Assembly (NCBI RefSeq): GCF_001194135.2
Contig: NC_068981.1
Coordinates: 166,544,361-166,608,360, forward strand
Reading direction: 5' to 3'
Source: Octopus bimaculoides
Taxonomy: Eukaryota
Length of the DNA: 64,000 nt
Under the pieces are notes generated by a model. It worked only from the letters and a program-made list of their open reading frames with translations. It searched no databases and was not told the origin of the DNA. Positions 25,470 to 39,576 of this stretch are shown here, in pieces. The stretch's first letter is position 1, and every line of letters begins with the position of its first letter. The position numbers and the translations under genes were made by a program.

Positions 25470-25930
25470 ATCTCTCTCTCTATATATATATATATATAGG
25501 TGGCTGATGACAGTACCGCCTGATTGGTACCTGTGCCAGTGGCACGTTAAAAGCACCATTTGAGCGTGATCATTGCCAGTGCTGCCTAACTGGCTCCCAT
25601 GCCGGTGGCACATGAAAAGCACCATTCAAATGTGGTCGATGCTAGTGCTGGCTGACTGGTCCTGTGCCAGTGGCATGTAAAAAGCACCATTCAAGTGTGG
25701 TTGATGCCAGTACCGCCTGACTGCCCCTAGTGCCGGTAGCATGTAAAAAGCACTCACTACACTCTCGGAGTGGTTGGCGTTAGGAAGGGCATCCAGCTGT
25801 AGAAATTTTGCCAGATCGGATTGGAGCCTGGTGCAGCCTTCTGGCTTGCCAGCCCTCAGTCAAACTGTCCAACCCATGCCAGGATGGAAAGCAGATGTTA
25901 AACAATGACAATGATGACGATGATGATGTA
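24790..25930 (+). mobile_element. RTE LINE 3' UTR/tail copies on both sides of a 423-N gap
   Basis: Tandem gccagtg..gactggc...aaaagcacc units, then actacactctc..gagtggttggcgttaggaagggcatccagctgtagaaa...ccaacccatgc...(GAT)n. Confidence 0.85.
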
Positions 25931-26399
25931 TCAGGTCAATGAAGGAGAATCTCTCTCTGAGGAAAATGATGAAGTGTTTGTTCTCTCAACCTTTGAAAGT
26001 TTATGTTCCATCAGCTAAGATAGTTCCAATTGTAACTTTGAAAAGATGGTTCCATGTGTTAATAGCTGTGTGCAGAAAGTGCATCTAGAGGAGATGTATA
26101 GGTGTGAAAGTATTAGTCCTTGCACTACAACAACTTTTGAATTGTAGGGGTAGCATAGCTCTGAGTTCATTGGTCTACATAGTGCATTTTATAGAATGAT
26201 GTTGTTACAATAATTTCTTCCCTGTGATGTAAACTATTTTGATAACTTTTATTTCATTAATTGTAACAATTTTCAGAGCTTTCATTTGGATAGAGTTGAG
26301 CTGGCTTAGTGTATTCTGTGTGGTGCATTTATCTAATATAGACAGGGTTAATCCACATTACTCCATAAAGAGCATGGGGTTAGTTTCTTGATTTTTCTG

Positions 26400-26585
26400 G
26401 CATATATATTCTTCTGTGGACAGGACACCAGTCATTGCTGGATTACTCATTTTTACTAGCTTATTGGACTGGAGCGACATGAAATGAAGTGTTTCGCTCA
26501 AGAACACATCACCTGGTCCATGAATTGAAACTGCAATCTTATGATCATGAGTCCAACACCCTAACCACTAAACCATGCACCTCCA
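26400..26585 (-). mobile_element. SINE family 3 fragment
   Basis: Reverse complement of head gaggtgcatggtttagtggttagggtgttgg and of the ttgagcgaaacac box. Confidence 0.75.
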
Positions 26586-27167
26586 CCTATTATAGACAGG
26601 CATACCATAATGTTTGGGGCTTGTGTTTTGTAGCTGGTAGCTTGTCCTTCTGTATCTAGCTTGCTTATGATTTTGCATAGTGTACCAAACTTCTGAGTAT
26701 CTTTGTTACTTATGAAGATATAAATTCTGCAAATGCCTGATTGCTGTCTGTAGCTACACCAAAAATATCAGACCAGATTATCTGATGCAGCTTCCCTTTT
26801 ACAAGAGAAGAGTGTGTGATTTGAGAAACATTTGGCTACTATTTTGAGCAAGTTAAGTAAACATGTGGAACCCCCATCTTCACTGGTTCATGAAATCTAA
26901 ACAGAGCCTTCCACATTGGTTGTTTTTTCCCCTTTTTTTTTGTGTGTATATTTTTATGTTGATAAAGTAAGGAAGTATGGCAGATTGCTACAATTCGACC
27001 AAAGATATTTTCTGCTGTCAATATACATTAGTAGCATTCATTCACATCACGTTTTTGTCTCCCCTGCATACATCAGCAACTGAAGATGTCCTTTAAGACT
27101 CACTTGTCATTTCAGCTTATTTGTGTTTGCCTTTCTTGCAAGTTATTATGCAGGACACTACCAACTC

Positions 27168-27214
<47 letters not shown>

Positions 27215-29289
27215 TGTGTGCGTGTGCATGTGCATGTGTGTGTGTGTGATTTTGTTAATAAAGTGTCTCAATCAGTAAAGTATCTGATTATTTTAGTGTC
27301 TGTCTTTAATTTACATATTGTTAGCTTCTGGGTGAATAAAGTGAAAGGAGAAAACAAGGAACATGTTCTTTGTACATTACTTTCTTTCTTTCTTTCTCTC
27401 TTTTTTATTCCTGGTATTTTCTATTACAACCTTCTGTCATCAGCCACATAACGTGACATTAGAAAAGCATCTGTTCAACAATACTGACTGGCCTATCTGT
27501 ATTTGTAAGGAGAGATAACTTGACAAGTGGCCAGTATCTGATTCTAGTCATAGGCTGAAAAACTGCACTGTATATGTGTAAACATTATAAGCTGCAGTTG
27601 TAATGCATAGCTCATTTATCAAAGTTTCGCTATTCATAATAATTGCATAATCTTTGTAATATAAAAAAATAACTGCGTATGATTTTGTGTGCATTTGAAT
27701 TTATTCAAACTATGAAGTAAAGCATCACCTTTGGGTTTGCTGATGCCTCAGCCTACAATAGTAATTGTTAATTCCCTTCTAAGCTTTCATTTAAGCACAG
27801 TCAAACCTTGTACAGAAAAAGAAGTTTGAATTTTATGCCAGATTTGCAAATCTGTATGTTAGTTAAAAGTAGCATAATACTACTACAAGTAATGGCTGAT
27901 ACCACCATAGTGCCTGGTCTTAGTCAAGCCTATCAGTTTCACTAGTGACTCGAGTCAACTATAAATATAATTTATTAAGGTGAATAATTTAAATTTAATC
28001 TGATCATATTACCCAGACTTGAGAGTAAACTATGCAGTTTGTAGATTATTTTCAGATTAGTCGGCTCACATCATTAGTCCTCTAGATAGAAGTATTAATT
28101 CTGATAATGTCAGTTATTCTAATGCTGTTGATATAAACTTACAAACCCATTACAAGCACGTATTTTTGAATGTGAGTGCACTCAAAGTTCACCTGTTCTT
28201 CTGCATTTCAAAACTCAATGTTCACTTAATTATCAAGCCTTATTTGCATTTATAATATTTTAAAGTAAATTGCTTATGATAATAGGGGAAGTGATTGTCT
28301 TTACATGCCACCAATATGAACTTGCATTCACAAACTTGATTTGCCCCTTACTTAATTAACTCCCAGTCAATGTCATGTTTATTCATTGTGTAGCTTGTGT
28401 GATGTCTGTAAAATTCACTGTTTACATTACCTTTGAAAAAAGGTAAGGCATTAAAATTAAATGATTTGTTGCATGAAAGTTGTTTGTAGCCAGTGATCTC
28501 ACACCAAGGATTGAACCCTCTGTGACTTAATTGAAAATTTAACACTATTACTACTAATGGAGTCGACATTATACAAGAAATGAATGTATCCAAATAATAA
28601 TTTATTTCAAGCATACATTCTTATGAAAGAGTCAATATATTCTTTTGCTTCTCTGCAGACTGGCCTACAGACTGTTATTGTTACAAGTAGAGTAAGTCTC
28701 TTATCATCCAGGCTTTTACCAGCAGCTCACAATAATACTTTTATCAAGAACTCTAGAGGACTACGGCCCTTGGTAGTTTTTATCCACAAAGTATCTCAAC
28801 ATTTCAACAGTCAGCAACTGTGCAGACTAATTATTACAACTCATTATATCAGCCATGATAAAGAGCTTGTTTACCATTTATCTAATGACTGGTTCTATAG
28901 CCCTGCAAATAGTCATGCTTGGAGAAAGCATTCATACCACAGCTTGATTTGAGTCATATAGCTTATGTATCTTTCATTTCTCTACACGGACTAAACCAAC
29001 TTTGATAAATTGCATGAATATTGAAATATGCACTGTTGTACAATTTACCTCCATAAGCCATTTTGCAGCTATTACAGTCACATGCCATTCTTCAGCCTAT
29101 ACAGCTGATAATTACAAGCCATTGCAGCTTACACATTGTTCAACTTCCATCACATCAACAGAATATCCTTCATTCAGCTAGTCTTAATATGAAGCATATG
29201 CTCAATTTAATGAATATCCAAATCAGTAATTTCTGCCAGTTCCCATAAGAAAGTATGTTTATTCTTTCTTATCTTTACCTCTGCAGAGT

Positions 29290-29715
29290 AGAGGCGCAAT
29301 GGCCCAGTGGTTAGGGCAGCAGACTTGCGGTCATAGAATCGCGATTTCAATTCCCAGACCGGGCGTTGTGACTGTTTGTNNNNNNNNNNCAATTCCCAGA
29401 CCGGGCGTTGTGACTGTTTGTTGAGCAAAAACACCTAAAGCTCCACGAGGCTCCGGCAGGGGATGGTGGCGAACCATGTTGTACCACAACTGTACCACAA
29501 CTTTCTCTCACTCTTACTTCCTGTTTCTGTTGTGCCTGTAATTCAAAGGGTCAGTCGTGTCACGCTGAATATCCCCGAGAACTACGTTAAGGGTACACGT
29601 GTCTGTGGATTGCTCAGCCACTTGCACGTTGATTTCACAAGCAGGCTGTTCCGTTGATCGGATCAACTGGAACCCTCGCTGTCGTAAGCGACGGAGTGCC
29701 AACACAACAACAACC
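29290..29715 (+). mobile_element. Near full-length, young tRNA-derived SINE (family 3) with a (CAA)n end
   Basis: A box tggcccagtgg, B-box-like gatttcaattccc, central ttgagcaaaaacac box, tail gtaagcgacggagtgccaacacaacaacaac; many CpGs intact. Confidence 0.85.
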
Positions 29716-30699
29716 TTACCACTGCAGAATCATATCCTCCAAAACATGAAAGACTTTCAAAATGAGCATGTATACACCCATATGTAAAACTTTTGCTTGT
29801 ATCAACATTAAAATTTTTTTTAACCTGTTCTCACAGTCTTTCACAGTAAACACTTTGAACCAGTGTTTATATCAGTCTGAATTTTCTCACCACTTAAACT
29901 GAACAGCTCTAGTGCAAGGTGGGAAAAGTACAAAATCACTGTGTAGCTACCAACTACATTTTCTCTACAATTGGTGACCCTCATATGCTTATAGAAAAAA
30001 ACGGTGTGTTTTTTTTGTTTTTTTTTAGGGGGTAGGGGTACAGAAGTTACAGTGCAAAGTTATCATATACATATATTTTTTTTTTTCCCATTTTTTCCAT
30101 ATTCAATGCAAGCCTTGTCCAATTCTAAGTGGTGCCACATTTATCCAAAGTAATATAAAAAAGATGATTTAAAGCAATTCAAAATCATATAAGCAGCAGT
30201 TGTTTACATGAAATATAAGTGGAAATTTGAATTTAAGCAGCAATAGATCACATGAAGTTTAGAACTGGTTAATTTACTGTAGTAAAAATGAGAGGCAATA
30301 AACCTTTTTGTTTACAGGAACTGGCAGAAATGAGTTACTGCATTGGGTATTCATACAGCTAAGTATTGAGACTAACTGAAAAGAGAGTTTTGATTAAAGT
30401 AGAAATCCTATTGATGCAATAGAGGTTGAAATATGTGTGAGTATAAGATGCATAAGCTATAAATGGCTTGTGGCTGTAAGTTGTGCAGCTTTTCATGTAT
30501 CAATATTCTTACAACTTGTCATAGTTAGTTTATTCCCTGCAAGGAAATGCTAGTTGTGTGAGCTGTTTTACTCAAATCAAGCTGTGATATGAAAGGCTAA
30601 ATGTGTGAACGTTCTCTCTGGGCAACATGACTATCTGCAGGGCCAATAATACTCGTCAAGAGAGAAGTGATAAATGAGCTGCACATCATTATCATCATC

Positions 30700-30900
30700 A
30701 TCATCATCATCATTGTTTAAAGTTCATTTTCCATGCTGGCATGGGTTGGATGATTTGACAGGGGCTGCAGAGCTGTCCAAGCTCCATTTGTCTGATTTGG
30801 CATGTTTTCTATGACTGGATGCCCTTCCTAATGCTGACTATAGTACTTTACAGAGTGGGCTGGGTGCTTCCTACATGCCACTGGCACAGGTGCTTTTACT
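30700..30900 (-). mobile_element. RTE tail fragment
   Basis: (CAT)n then ttttccatgctggcatgggttggatga...ctggatgcccttcctaa. Confidence 0.75.
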
Positions 30901-33619
30901 TGGCACCTAAAATGGGTGCATTTTAGTGGGAGAGGGAGTGGGGGCATGGCCATAAAGGACCTGCCTGTATGTATGGATGGCTGTGATTTTACTTAGCCTG
31001 ACATGTCTTCTCAAGTACAGCAAATTGCCAGAAGTCTCAATCCCTTGTCATCTGGTAAATTGTGTTGCAATAATTGGTCTGCATCTATGTTGTTTGCTGT
31101 GATGCAACGATATGTGGCTAAGCTTTTTGTATTAAGGCTTTGAAGAGTAAGCGCATTGTCATTCCGTTGAGATGTTCTGTGAGGAAATAGCTGGTGATGT
31201 TCTGCATGACTCGATAAAAGTACCTTTGTGAGCTGCTGGTAAAAGCTTAAATAAGTGACTTTCACTACTTGCAATATGATAACCAGTCTATGGAAAGTCT
31301 GTAGAGAATTGAAAGAGCAAATTGGTTCTTTCTCTTATAATAATATATATATATATCTGAAATACTCATTTGTTTGAGTTAGTTAATTTCGTGTATGACA
31401 ACTTTTGTAGTGGTTGTAGTCAGGAATGTTCAATCCAGAATGTGGGTGATTCAAATCCTTGGTGTGAGATATTGCCATCAGCCAACAATTTTCTTTCAAG
31501 AGAAGATAGCAAGTCTTAATGGCATATATTTTTGATAGAAATGTCAGCAGCCAATTTCACCATTGTCACATTAGCAAATTAGGTGATGTAATTCTGCTGG
31601 TGCTTGTATTAAACAAACAAGCATGTCATTGATTGATTCACAATTAAATAAGCTGCAAATCAAATTTGTGGATGCAAGATTATTCTGTTGACATACCATC
31701 ATTATAGTTTACCTTTTATCATAAGTGAGTCACTATATTTTAAAAATGTATTTCTTTCAGCTGTCTTATAATTACAAATGAGTGAAACATAGTTACCATG
31801 TCTTTTTAACTTTCTAAATATATGCCATGAAAGAGCTACTATGCAGTCACTTGATTAGATGGAAATAGCAGCCAAATTTACCTTGACATATCCTATTGTC
31901 TTAGAAAAGAAAACATTGGATAATGTGGTTTTAAGTACACTGTGCCTAAAGAAAAGGCAGATGGTCATGTCCAAAACGTTGTTTGATCATGGATCTGCTC
32001 AGTCTGGACTGACCAGGGGCTAAACATTATCCTAAATATAGAAATAATATACAACATAATAAAAGAAAACATAAAGATATATATTTAAGAAATAAACAAC
32101 TCTGGGTGAAATGGAAAATATATTTTACTGGCAGAAATGAAAAAAAAAAGATATATTAATAAAAAATAGCTAGTTTGTTGTTATTTTATGTATTCTAATT
32201 TTCTCCTGAACTGGTTAAGTGAATAATTTATGAACTATCATATATATTGTGAGTTCAAATCTACAGATTTTGCTTTATGTATTGGATACTTAGCTATAAC
32301 TGCTTCAGTTCATTTAGTTCTCAGGAATAGGTTTCAGATCTCCTGAGAACATGCTTAGTTAGATATCATATACACCAGGAGAAATTGCTCTAGTGTGTTA
32401 TTTAAGAATTTCAACAGATATTTCATCCATAGAATTGCCCAAAGTTATCTCTAAGTAATTTTTGTAAATCCTCTAGTGTGCCTGAATGGATAATAAAGCT
32501 AATATTTATTTCTGGGTCTCAAAAGTTTTTTTTTATCTTCCAGCTCGAAATAACTTAAATTGTATAGATTTCTTGTAAGACTTATAAACTTGGCATTTGA
32601 ATATAAACCTTTAAACTAACTTATCACTTATTAATGTTATGGATGTATGCACTGTCATTTAATTGATTTCGTAAATTATGTCTTATGATTTATTGATGTA
32701 TTACCTCTTTGTATCTTCTGATAGTATTGTATTAAATATAATTGTTCAGAGTGATTCTGTATATGTAAAAGATAATGTCAGATTCTTTTTTTTTTTTTTT
32801 TCTTCACTCAATGATTGTGCAATTTCTGTTTTGCTGTTTAGATATACACATTAGTAGCTAAAACACTTTTATTGTGTTTCAACACACACCAACCAATCCA
32901 AAACCAACATGGGAAATAAAATGTTGATAATAAGGATAATCTTTTCAATGTAGAAAATTATGGACCTGTTGTCATGGAAGCACAGTTCTTCACTACTGTA
33001 ACAAAAATGTTGCTTATAAAGGCCTATTGAACTGGCCACTGAAAATAGCACAAAATTTGTTATTATAAATCAATATTTACTATTCTTGAATATTCTAGAC
33101 CATCAATAACCTTTTATACATTAATGGATTAACTTTGACATTGGGATTTTAAATCTGTAGCACAGTATCCACCCACCAACTATAACAATCCAGTGCTAAA
33201 TGCTGGGTTGCCACTGGTGCAGAAATTCACCAATTATGCAAGTGCATATGTATGTGTAAACTGATCAATTAATAGTGAACAATTAACTGTGATAAAGAAT
33301 ATATGTTTCGGAAATAGAATTAACATCCCAAAGATACCTACAAAAAGTACTTACTAGAGTTTTCTAAAATCAATGTGAACAAGGTGAAAGATGAATATGA
33401 GCAACTCCAGAGAACTATTCAGGCTCTTTAAAATGGATTTAGAAGCAGAAATAGAGAGACAGTTTTAGATTCATAAAAATAACAATCAAGACCTATCCTT
33501 CATATCCCTATTATTAGAGCTGTTTTAATGAGAACATAGTTGTTGTCCCAGGTTAGCTCTGATTGAGCAGATCTACGATATTCCAGCCATGACTATCCTA
33601 TCTTTTTATATACCCATCT

Positions 33620-33950
33620 TTTATCTTTTTCTTGTTTCAGTCATTAGATTGCATACTTTTTTTTAAGCCTGGTACTCGTTTTATCAGTCTCCTTTTGCCA
33701 AACAGCTAAGTTATGGGGATGTAAGTAAACCAACACTTTGCTTACACAGAGTGGTGATGATGGGCAAACACACACACACACACACACACATGATGAGCTT
33801 CTTTCAGCTTCCATCTACCAAATCCATTCACAAGGCTTTGGTCAGCCCAAGGCTATAGTAGAAGACACTTGCTCAAGGTGCCATACATTGGGACTAAACC
33901 TGGAACCATGTAGTTGGGAAGCAAACCTCTTACCTGCACAACCATGCCTG
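33620..33950 (-). mobile_element. SINE family 2
   Basis: ctaccaaatccattcacaaggctttggtcagcccaaggctatagtagaagacacttgctcaagg; reverse complement of 34310-34700. Confidence 0.85.
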
Positions 33951-33989
33951 TCCCTGAATGCCTATGATGACATCATTTTTACTTTTTCT

Positions 33990-34160
33990 TTTTGCTTTTT
34001 GTTCTTAATAGTCCACTGTTGCGTGGTTGGTGATGGGAAGGGTATCCAGCTGTAAAAATCCTGCCAAACAGTCACAGAAGTCTGGTGTAGGCTTCTGCCT
34101 GACTGTCCCACCCATGGCAACATGGAAGGCAGATATTAAATGATGATGATGATGATGATT
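33990..34160 (+). mobile_element. RTE tail fragment with (GAT)n end
   Basis: ggaagggtatccagctgtaaaaatcctgcc...atggaaggcagatattaaatgatgatgat. Confidence 0.7.
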
Positions 34161-34309
34161 TAAGACAGTAGGGTGTGATAAGATTTGGCTGCTTTTTCTA
34201 GCAGGTCAAGCAACAATGTAGAAGTTTCCAAATTAGATTTATGGGTTCTTGGCCTTATTAGACAGCAGTTTTAGAACTGTCAAATGATTACATAGAATGA
34301 TGGATGGGA

Positions 34310-34446
34310 TCTGTTAAGCTTACCAACCACATGGTTCCAGGTTCAGTCCCACTGCGTGGTACTTTGGGCATGTGTCTTCTACTATAGCCTCGGGCTGACC
34401 AAAGCCTTGTGAGTGGATTTTGTAGACAGAAGCTGAAAGAAACCCG

Positions 34447-34502
<56 letters not shown>

Positions 34503-34706
34503 CTGTGTTTGTCCCCCCAACATCACTTGACAACCGATGCTGGTGTGTTTACATCCCTGTAATTTAGTGGTTCAGCAAAAGAGATCTATAGAATAAGAAC
34601 TAGGCTTACAAATAAGTACTGGGTCGATTCATTCAACTAAAACTTCAAGGTGGTGCCCCAGCATGGCCGCAGTCTAATGACTGAAATATAAAAGATATAT
34701 ATGTAA

Positions 34707-34796
<90 letters not shown>

Positions 34797-35230
34797 TAAT
34801 TTGGCTGTGTGGTAAGAAGTTTGCTTTCCAACCACATGGTTCCTGTTTCAGTCCCACTGTGCAGCACCTTGGCCAAGTATTTTCTACTATGCCCCAGGTT
34901 GACCATAGCCTTATGAGTGCATATGGAAGCCAGAAACTGACAGAAACACATCATGTGTGTGTGTGTGCATGTGCACCTGTGTGTATGTGTGTGTGTGTAT
35001 ATATGTATATAATATATGTATGCCTCTGTGTGTGTCTTTGTGTTTGTCCCCCACCATCACTTGACAGCTTTGATGATGTCCCTGTGTAACTTGGTGGTTT
35101 AACAAAAAAGAGGCCAATAGAATAAATACAAATCATAAAAATAAGTACTGGGGTTGATTTGTTTGACTAATCCCTTTCAAGGCAGTGCTCCAGTATGTCT
35201 GCAGTCCCATGACTGAAACAAGTAAAAGGT
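34310..35230 (+). mobile_element. Two tandem SINE family 2 copies with internal (AT)n/(GT)n tracts
   Basis: Heads ccaaccacatggttcc..gttcagtcccactg at about 34325 and 34830; tails ...cagcatggccgcagtc..atgactgaaa. Confidence 0.85.
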
Positions 35231-35999
35231 GCAAGATTTAAATGCCCATTCTGCAATAAACAGCACATATTTTCCTTCGTTGCATGCAACAGTGTTGTTT
35301 AAACATTAAGAAACCTAAAAGATTATTCCACTTTTCAAGTTTGTTGTTTTCTTCCCATTGGAGCATGGTATTCAAATCACCAAGAATTTTAATCATAGCC
35401 TCACCCAATCAGTTAATAGCTACACATATGCCATGTAGCTAGGACTAAAACTGCTGAAGAGAAGGATGATATGTGTGTGTGCGTGTTGATATTATACATA
35501 GATGTTTTGTGTGTGTGTGTGTGTGTGTGTATTTATATACATCTATGCTTATGTTGATGTATAAATGTGTGTGTGTGGGGGGTGTATATGTGTATGTATA
35601 TGTCCATATGTTATAAGCATGCATACATGTGTATGTATGCATATGTATGTTGATTGTATGTGTGTGTGTGCATGCACGCTTATGTGTACATATAAGATGT
35701 TGCACTGCATTGCTAACACCTATTTAAATCTAATGGAGTTTTTCACCCCTCCACCACCATTACTTAACACATACCTATTATATAGTATATTATATATTAT
35801 GTATATAACACCCTCTGTTAACTATTTATAGTTATTCATTGGTGACTGGGATATAATAGAAGATCAATTAATAGTAGAAATATCTTGCCATGTGTAAGGA
35901 CTTCCCAATCATCACTGAGCAATTGAGCAGACTTTCTTCCTTTCGGGTGCAAAAAGCAGACACCAATCTACTGAATCATAACTAGAACACTTCCCCTAC

Positions 36000-37850
36000 T
36001 CCTCTTTTGGACTGTTACCATCAGCATTGGCATGGGGAAAGATGGGTTAAGAGAGATTGTGGCAGTTGTGTGCTGTATGCAAGAGGGAGGATGGGAACCT
36101 CAGCCAAAATCCTCATAGGCAAGGAGCGCAAGTACAAATTCATCTGGGTGGATAACAACAATGAAGTTGTTGGAGTAAGCATATTGTTTGTAGAGAAGTA
36201 AAGTAATTGATGCAGCCAGAGAGTGTAATAGAATAATTAAGCTTAGAGAGTTATGAACAACATAATAGCAACATTTATCTCTACATAACACAACCAAGGC
36301 AAGCAGTTGAAAAGAAGAATTGCTTTTATGAAGCCATCCTATAGACTACCTTGATAATGAATGGTAGCAACCTCAATATCCTGGCTGGTAATTTTAATGG
36401 ACATGTTAGGCAACATCATGATGGCTTCTTTATAGTGCCACATGGGCACTATAAATATTATATGAAGAATGCAGTAGGATCAAGGCTCCTGGAAGTTGGT
36501 GATGTAAGTAGCCTAAACATTTGTATTGCTAACAAGCCAACCTACCTATCAGGTGAACACACAGATAAACTTCACTCATCAAGAAATGAGATTTACAAAT
36601 AGTTGTGAATGCTAAGTTTTTAAATGAAGAATGTAACACAAACCATAGGCCTGCAGTTAGTGACTTTAGGATAAGAGCTACATGAACCCAGAAATACAAG
36701 GTAACCTGGAGAAGAAAGATATGGAAGCTGAAAGAACCTTCAAACAGTTGTCAGTCCAGAGAAATATTAGTTGATACATATGATAAGAGGAAGGAGGTGA
36801 CTAAGACTTAAAACATAGAGGACCATCGGGAGTTCTTATGAGATAACCTACTGAGGGCTACAAACCAGATCTACCGTTGGTGCAAGGTTCCAGCTAGAAG
36901 GTAACATAGTAGTGGAATAAGTACAGTAAATAGTCATAAGAGCTAAAGGACGGGCCTAGAAAACTGGAAGAAAGGAAACAGTTGAGATTGATATCAAGTT
37001 GGTGCAAGAGAAGTTAGATGACAGATATACTTACTAAGGAGAACTGAAATTAAGAAGTTTGATCATGCTCTGCAATGTGAGAGAGATTAGGTGTTTTGAA
37101 TTGCAAAACCTAGAATCAGGATGCTTTAAAGTAAAGTTAGCGAAGACTAAAGATTTTTGAAATAGGAAAGAAGATAGGCTTCTGTTTAAGAAATGGCTGT
37201 ACTCAATATGCATGAAAAGAGTAGGCAAAAATTCTATATAGTTTACTAAGTGCAAACTGTGGATGCACCAATGTACATGAGGTTGTGGTATCACAGACAA
37301 GTTGACAGATATATGTAGTTTGCAGTAAGATCACATATTACATCCATTCCACCAAGCGTTTCAAAGGTATCCTAGAAACATAGTAGTCAGAGTAAGAACA
37401 AAATAGAAAAAGATCAGGAAGCTCTCGCCTCTGCTGGTAACAAAGGTTTTCTCCCAGAGTAAAATGTAGATTGTATGATGCTTGTGTCCAAAGTGTGGTC
37501 CTGCATAGTGGCATGGTGTAGACATTGAGTACAGTAAATATACAAAAGCTAGAAAAAAATAGTGACCATGCTATCATTAACATGCATGAATAACAGTATA
37601 AATGAACTATGAAAAGCTGGTTGTAAGGGGAATCAGATGTATGCGAGCAAGAACACTGTGTTAGTACAGGCTTGTGTTGAGTATGGAAAGTGTCATCTGA
37701 ATAAAGAAGTGCTAAGCACTCAAAATAGATGGAACCTGTGAAAGAGGGTAACCTAGGAAGACATGAGAAAAAAATGAAGATTGATCTCAAAAAGCTGTAC
37801 CTTATGAAGATGACAACAAAAGGTTATAAGGAATGGTGACACACTACTAG
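36000..37850 (+). mobile_element. Highly decayed, internally deleted RTE LINE (endonuclease to RT C-terminus)
   Basis: GKERKYKFIWVDNN..VVGVSILFVEK (36007-36201), AGNFNGHVRQH (36351-36602), then QKIRKLSPLLVTK.FSPRVKCRLYDACVQSVVLHS near 37400. Confidence 0.8.
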
Positions 37851-38204
37851 AGACCAAAGGCATAGCCAGGTTCTATAGTTAGGGGGAGCGAGCTTATAAA
37901 AAATAACAGGTGCCATGACACAAACCAAACAATTTTTAATTCATTTCTTTTATATTACGCAAAATATTTCATTAGTTATGATACAGATAACTAAAGAGTT
38001 AAAGATAATTGTTGAAAAGGTGCCAATTTTGAAAAATCTGCTTGGGGTTTTGGGGGAAGTCACCACCCCCTCCCTTACTCTCCTTTTAGCTATGCCACTG
38101 CTAGAGACTTGCGCACTCATGCAAATAGCAAAATGGACATTAAAACAGTGGTGATCATTGTGGTTGGGATATATAATATATCTACATTTTGTCTCTTACC
38201 TATT

Positions 38205-38340
38205 ATATTCCTGTAGAAACATTGCCAGATCAAACTGGAGCCTGGTGCAGCCCACTGGCTTGCCAGACCTCAGTCAAACCATCCAACTCATGCCAGCATG
38301 GCAGGCAGACTTAAATAATGATGATGATGATGATGATTTG
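38205..38340 (+). mobile_element. RTE tail fragment
   Basis: ctgtagaaacattgccagatcaaactggagcctggtgcagcc...ccaactcatgccagcatgg...(GAT)n. Confidence 0.75.
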
Positions 38341-38497
38341 ATTTATCTTGATAAAAGTTCATTAGGCTTAAGTGTAATTTTTAGCATATATATATATGTA
38401 AAAATATGTGACATTTATTCGGTAGCCATTTTTACAGATAAATTCCTCTATTTACATAATATCGAGGTCTCTTTCTTTCTTTTGTTGTCCTTCCTAT

Positions 38498-38540
<43 letters not shown>

Positions 38541-39289
38541 TCATAGTATTTATGTATGTATTAACCCATTTTGAATCATATATATTTTTAAGACAATTTA
38601 AATAGATTACTGAAATGTACCCTGAATTGTAATTTGTTCACATTATTATTGATAGGTCTGCTGTGAAATAGTTTCTACTTATGTCCTGATATTACACTAG
38701 AGTCCTATTTAGTATAACAGTCTTCTGAACACAATGAAACTGACTCTTATTTATTGATTTCTCTTTCTGTTTTTATATTTTTCCCTCTTTATTTTTTTTT
38801 CTTTTCACTCTGAATATTGCTTTTGCATTGAGGTTGTTTAAATGTGATTGATTGGAAAATGCTACATTGTGTCAATGCATTCCTCCTGAGAACTGTCATC
38901 AATAGAAACTAGTCAATTAGTTTCATGTTAGACTTTCATTTCAACTGCAGCTGATGATGTTTATTCCAAGTTACCGACATCGCTGGTGTTGTCAATGTTC
39001 TTGTTTTCTGCTGTGCTGAATTAATAACACTCAGAATCGTTAAATTAAATGAGATGAATAAAAATTTCCAGAAAAATTTACAAAAAGAAAAAAGAATTAA
39101 ATAAGTTTTATGTAAAAAGTAAATAAACATGTTTCAGGTTAAAGATATGCAAAATAATCCACTATATCTGATAATAGCATAGATCCTAGCCCTTTCTTTA
39201 AATAACTGCTTTTTTGTGCTCCAATAAAGAATAAAGTTCCTTCCCAAGTCATGCAGACTCATAGAGACAGCTTCTTGGAGTCTGTGGTT

Positions 39290-39480
39290 TATATCCTCCC
39301 CAATGGACAGGACGGTGGTTTGTCACAGGAATACTCATTTTCATAAGTTAAGTGAACTGGAGCAACATGAAATGAAGAGTTTTAATCAAGATCACAACAC
39401 CTTGCCCAGTTCAGGAATCAAAACCACAATCTTATGAATCATGAATCCAAAGTCTTAACTACTAAGCCATGCACCTCCAT
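39290..39480 (-). mobile_element. SINE family 3 fragment whose head abuts the templated insertion
   Basis: Reverse complement reads atggaggtgcatggcttagtagttaagac...ttgattcctgaactgggc. Confidence 0.75.
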
Positions 39481-39576
39481 TGTAGCCCTCAGTAGGTTAT
39501 CTCATAAGAACTCCCGATGGTCCTCTATGTTTTAAGTCTTAGTCACCTCCTTCCTTTTATCATATGTATCAACTAA
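39481..39576 (-). repeat. 96-bp inverted copy of 36767-36862 (95/96 identical)
   Basis: Base-by-base comparison gives a single A/G difference. Confidence 0.95.

Noticed and set aside
24907-25625. ORFs of more than 200 aa
   Set aside because: They run through a 423-N assembly gap and (CT)n; the same applies to ORFs at 47159-47803 and 59302-59589
25500-25760. Regularly spaced repeats resembling a CRISPR array (also 61720-62010)
   Set aside because: These are degenerate tandem units of the RTE 3' UTR with no unique spacers and no cas genes, in eukaryotic context
29290-29375. tRNA-like sequences at SINE heads (also 14557, 45490, 58570)
   Set aside because: They continue directly into SINE bodies and lack full cloverleaf pairing, so they are not called as tRNA genes
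29361-29420. 30-bp direct repeat inside the family 3 SINE
   Set aside because: The copies flank a 10-N gap, so this is most likely unmerged contig overlap
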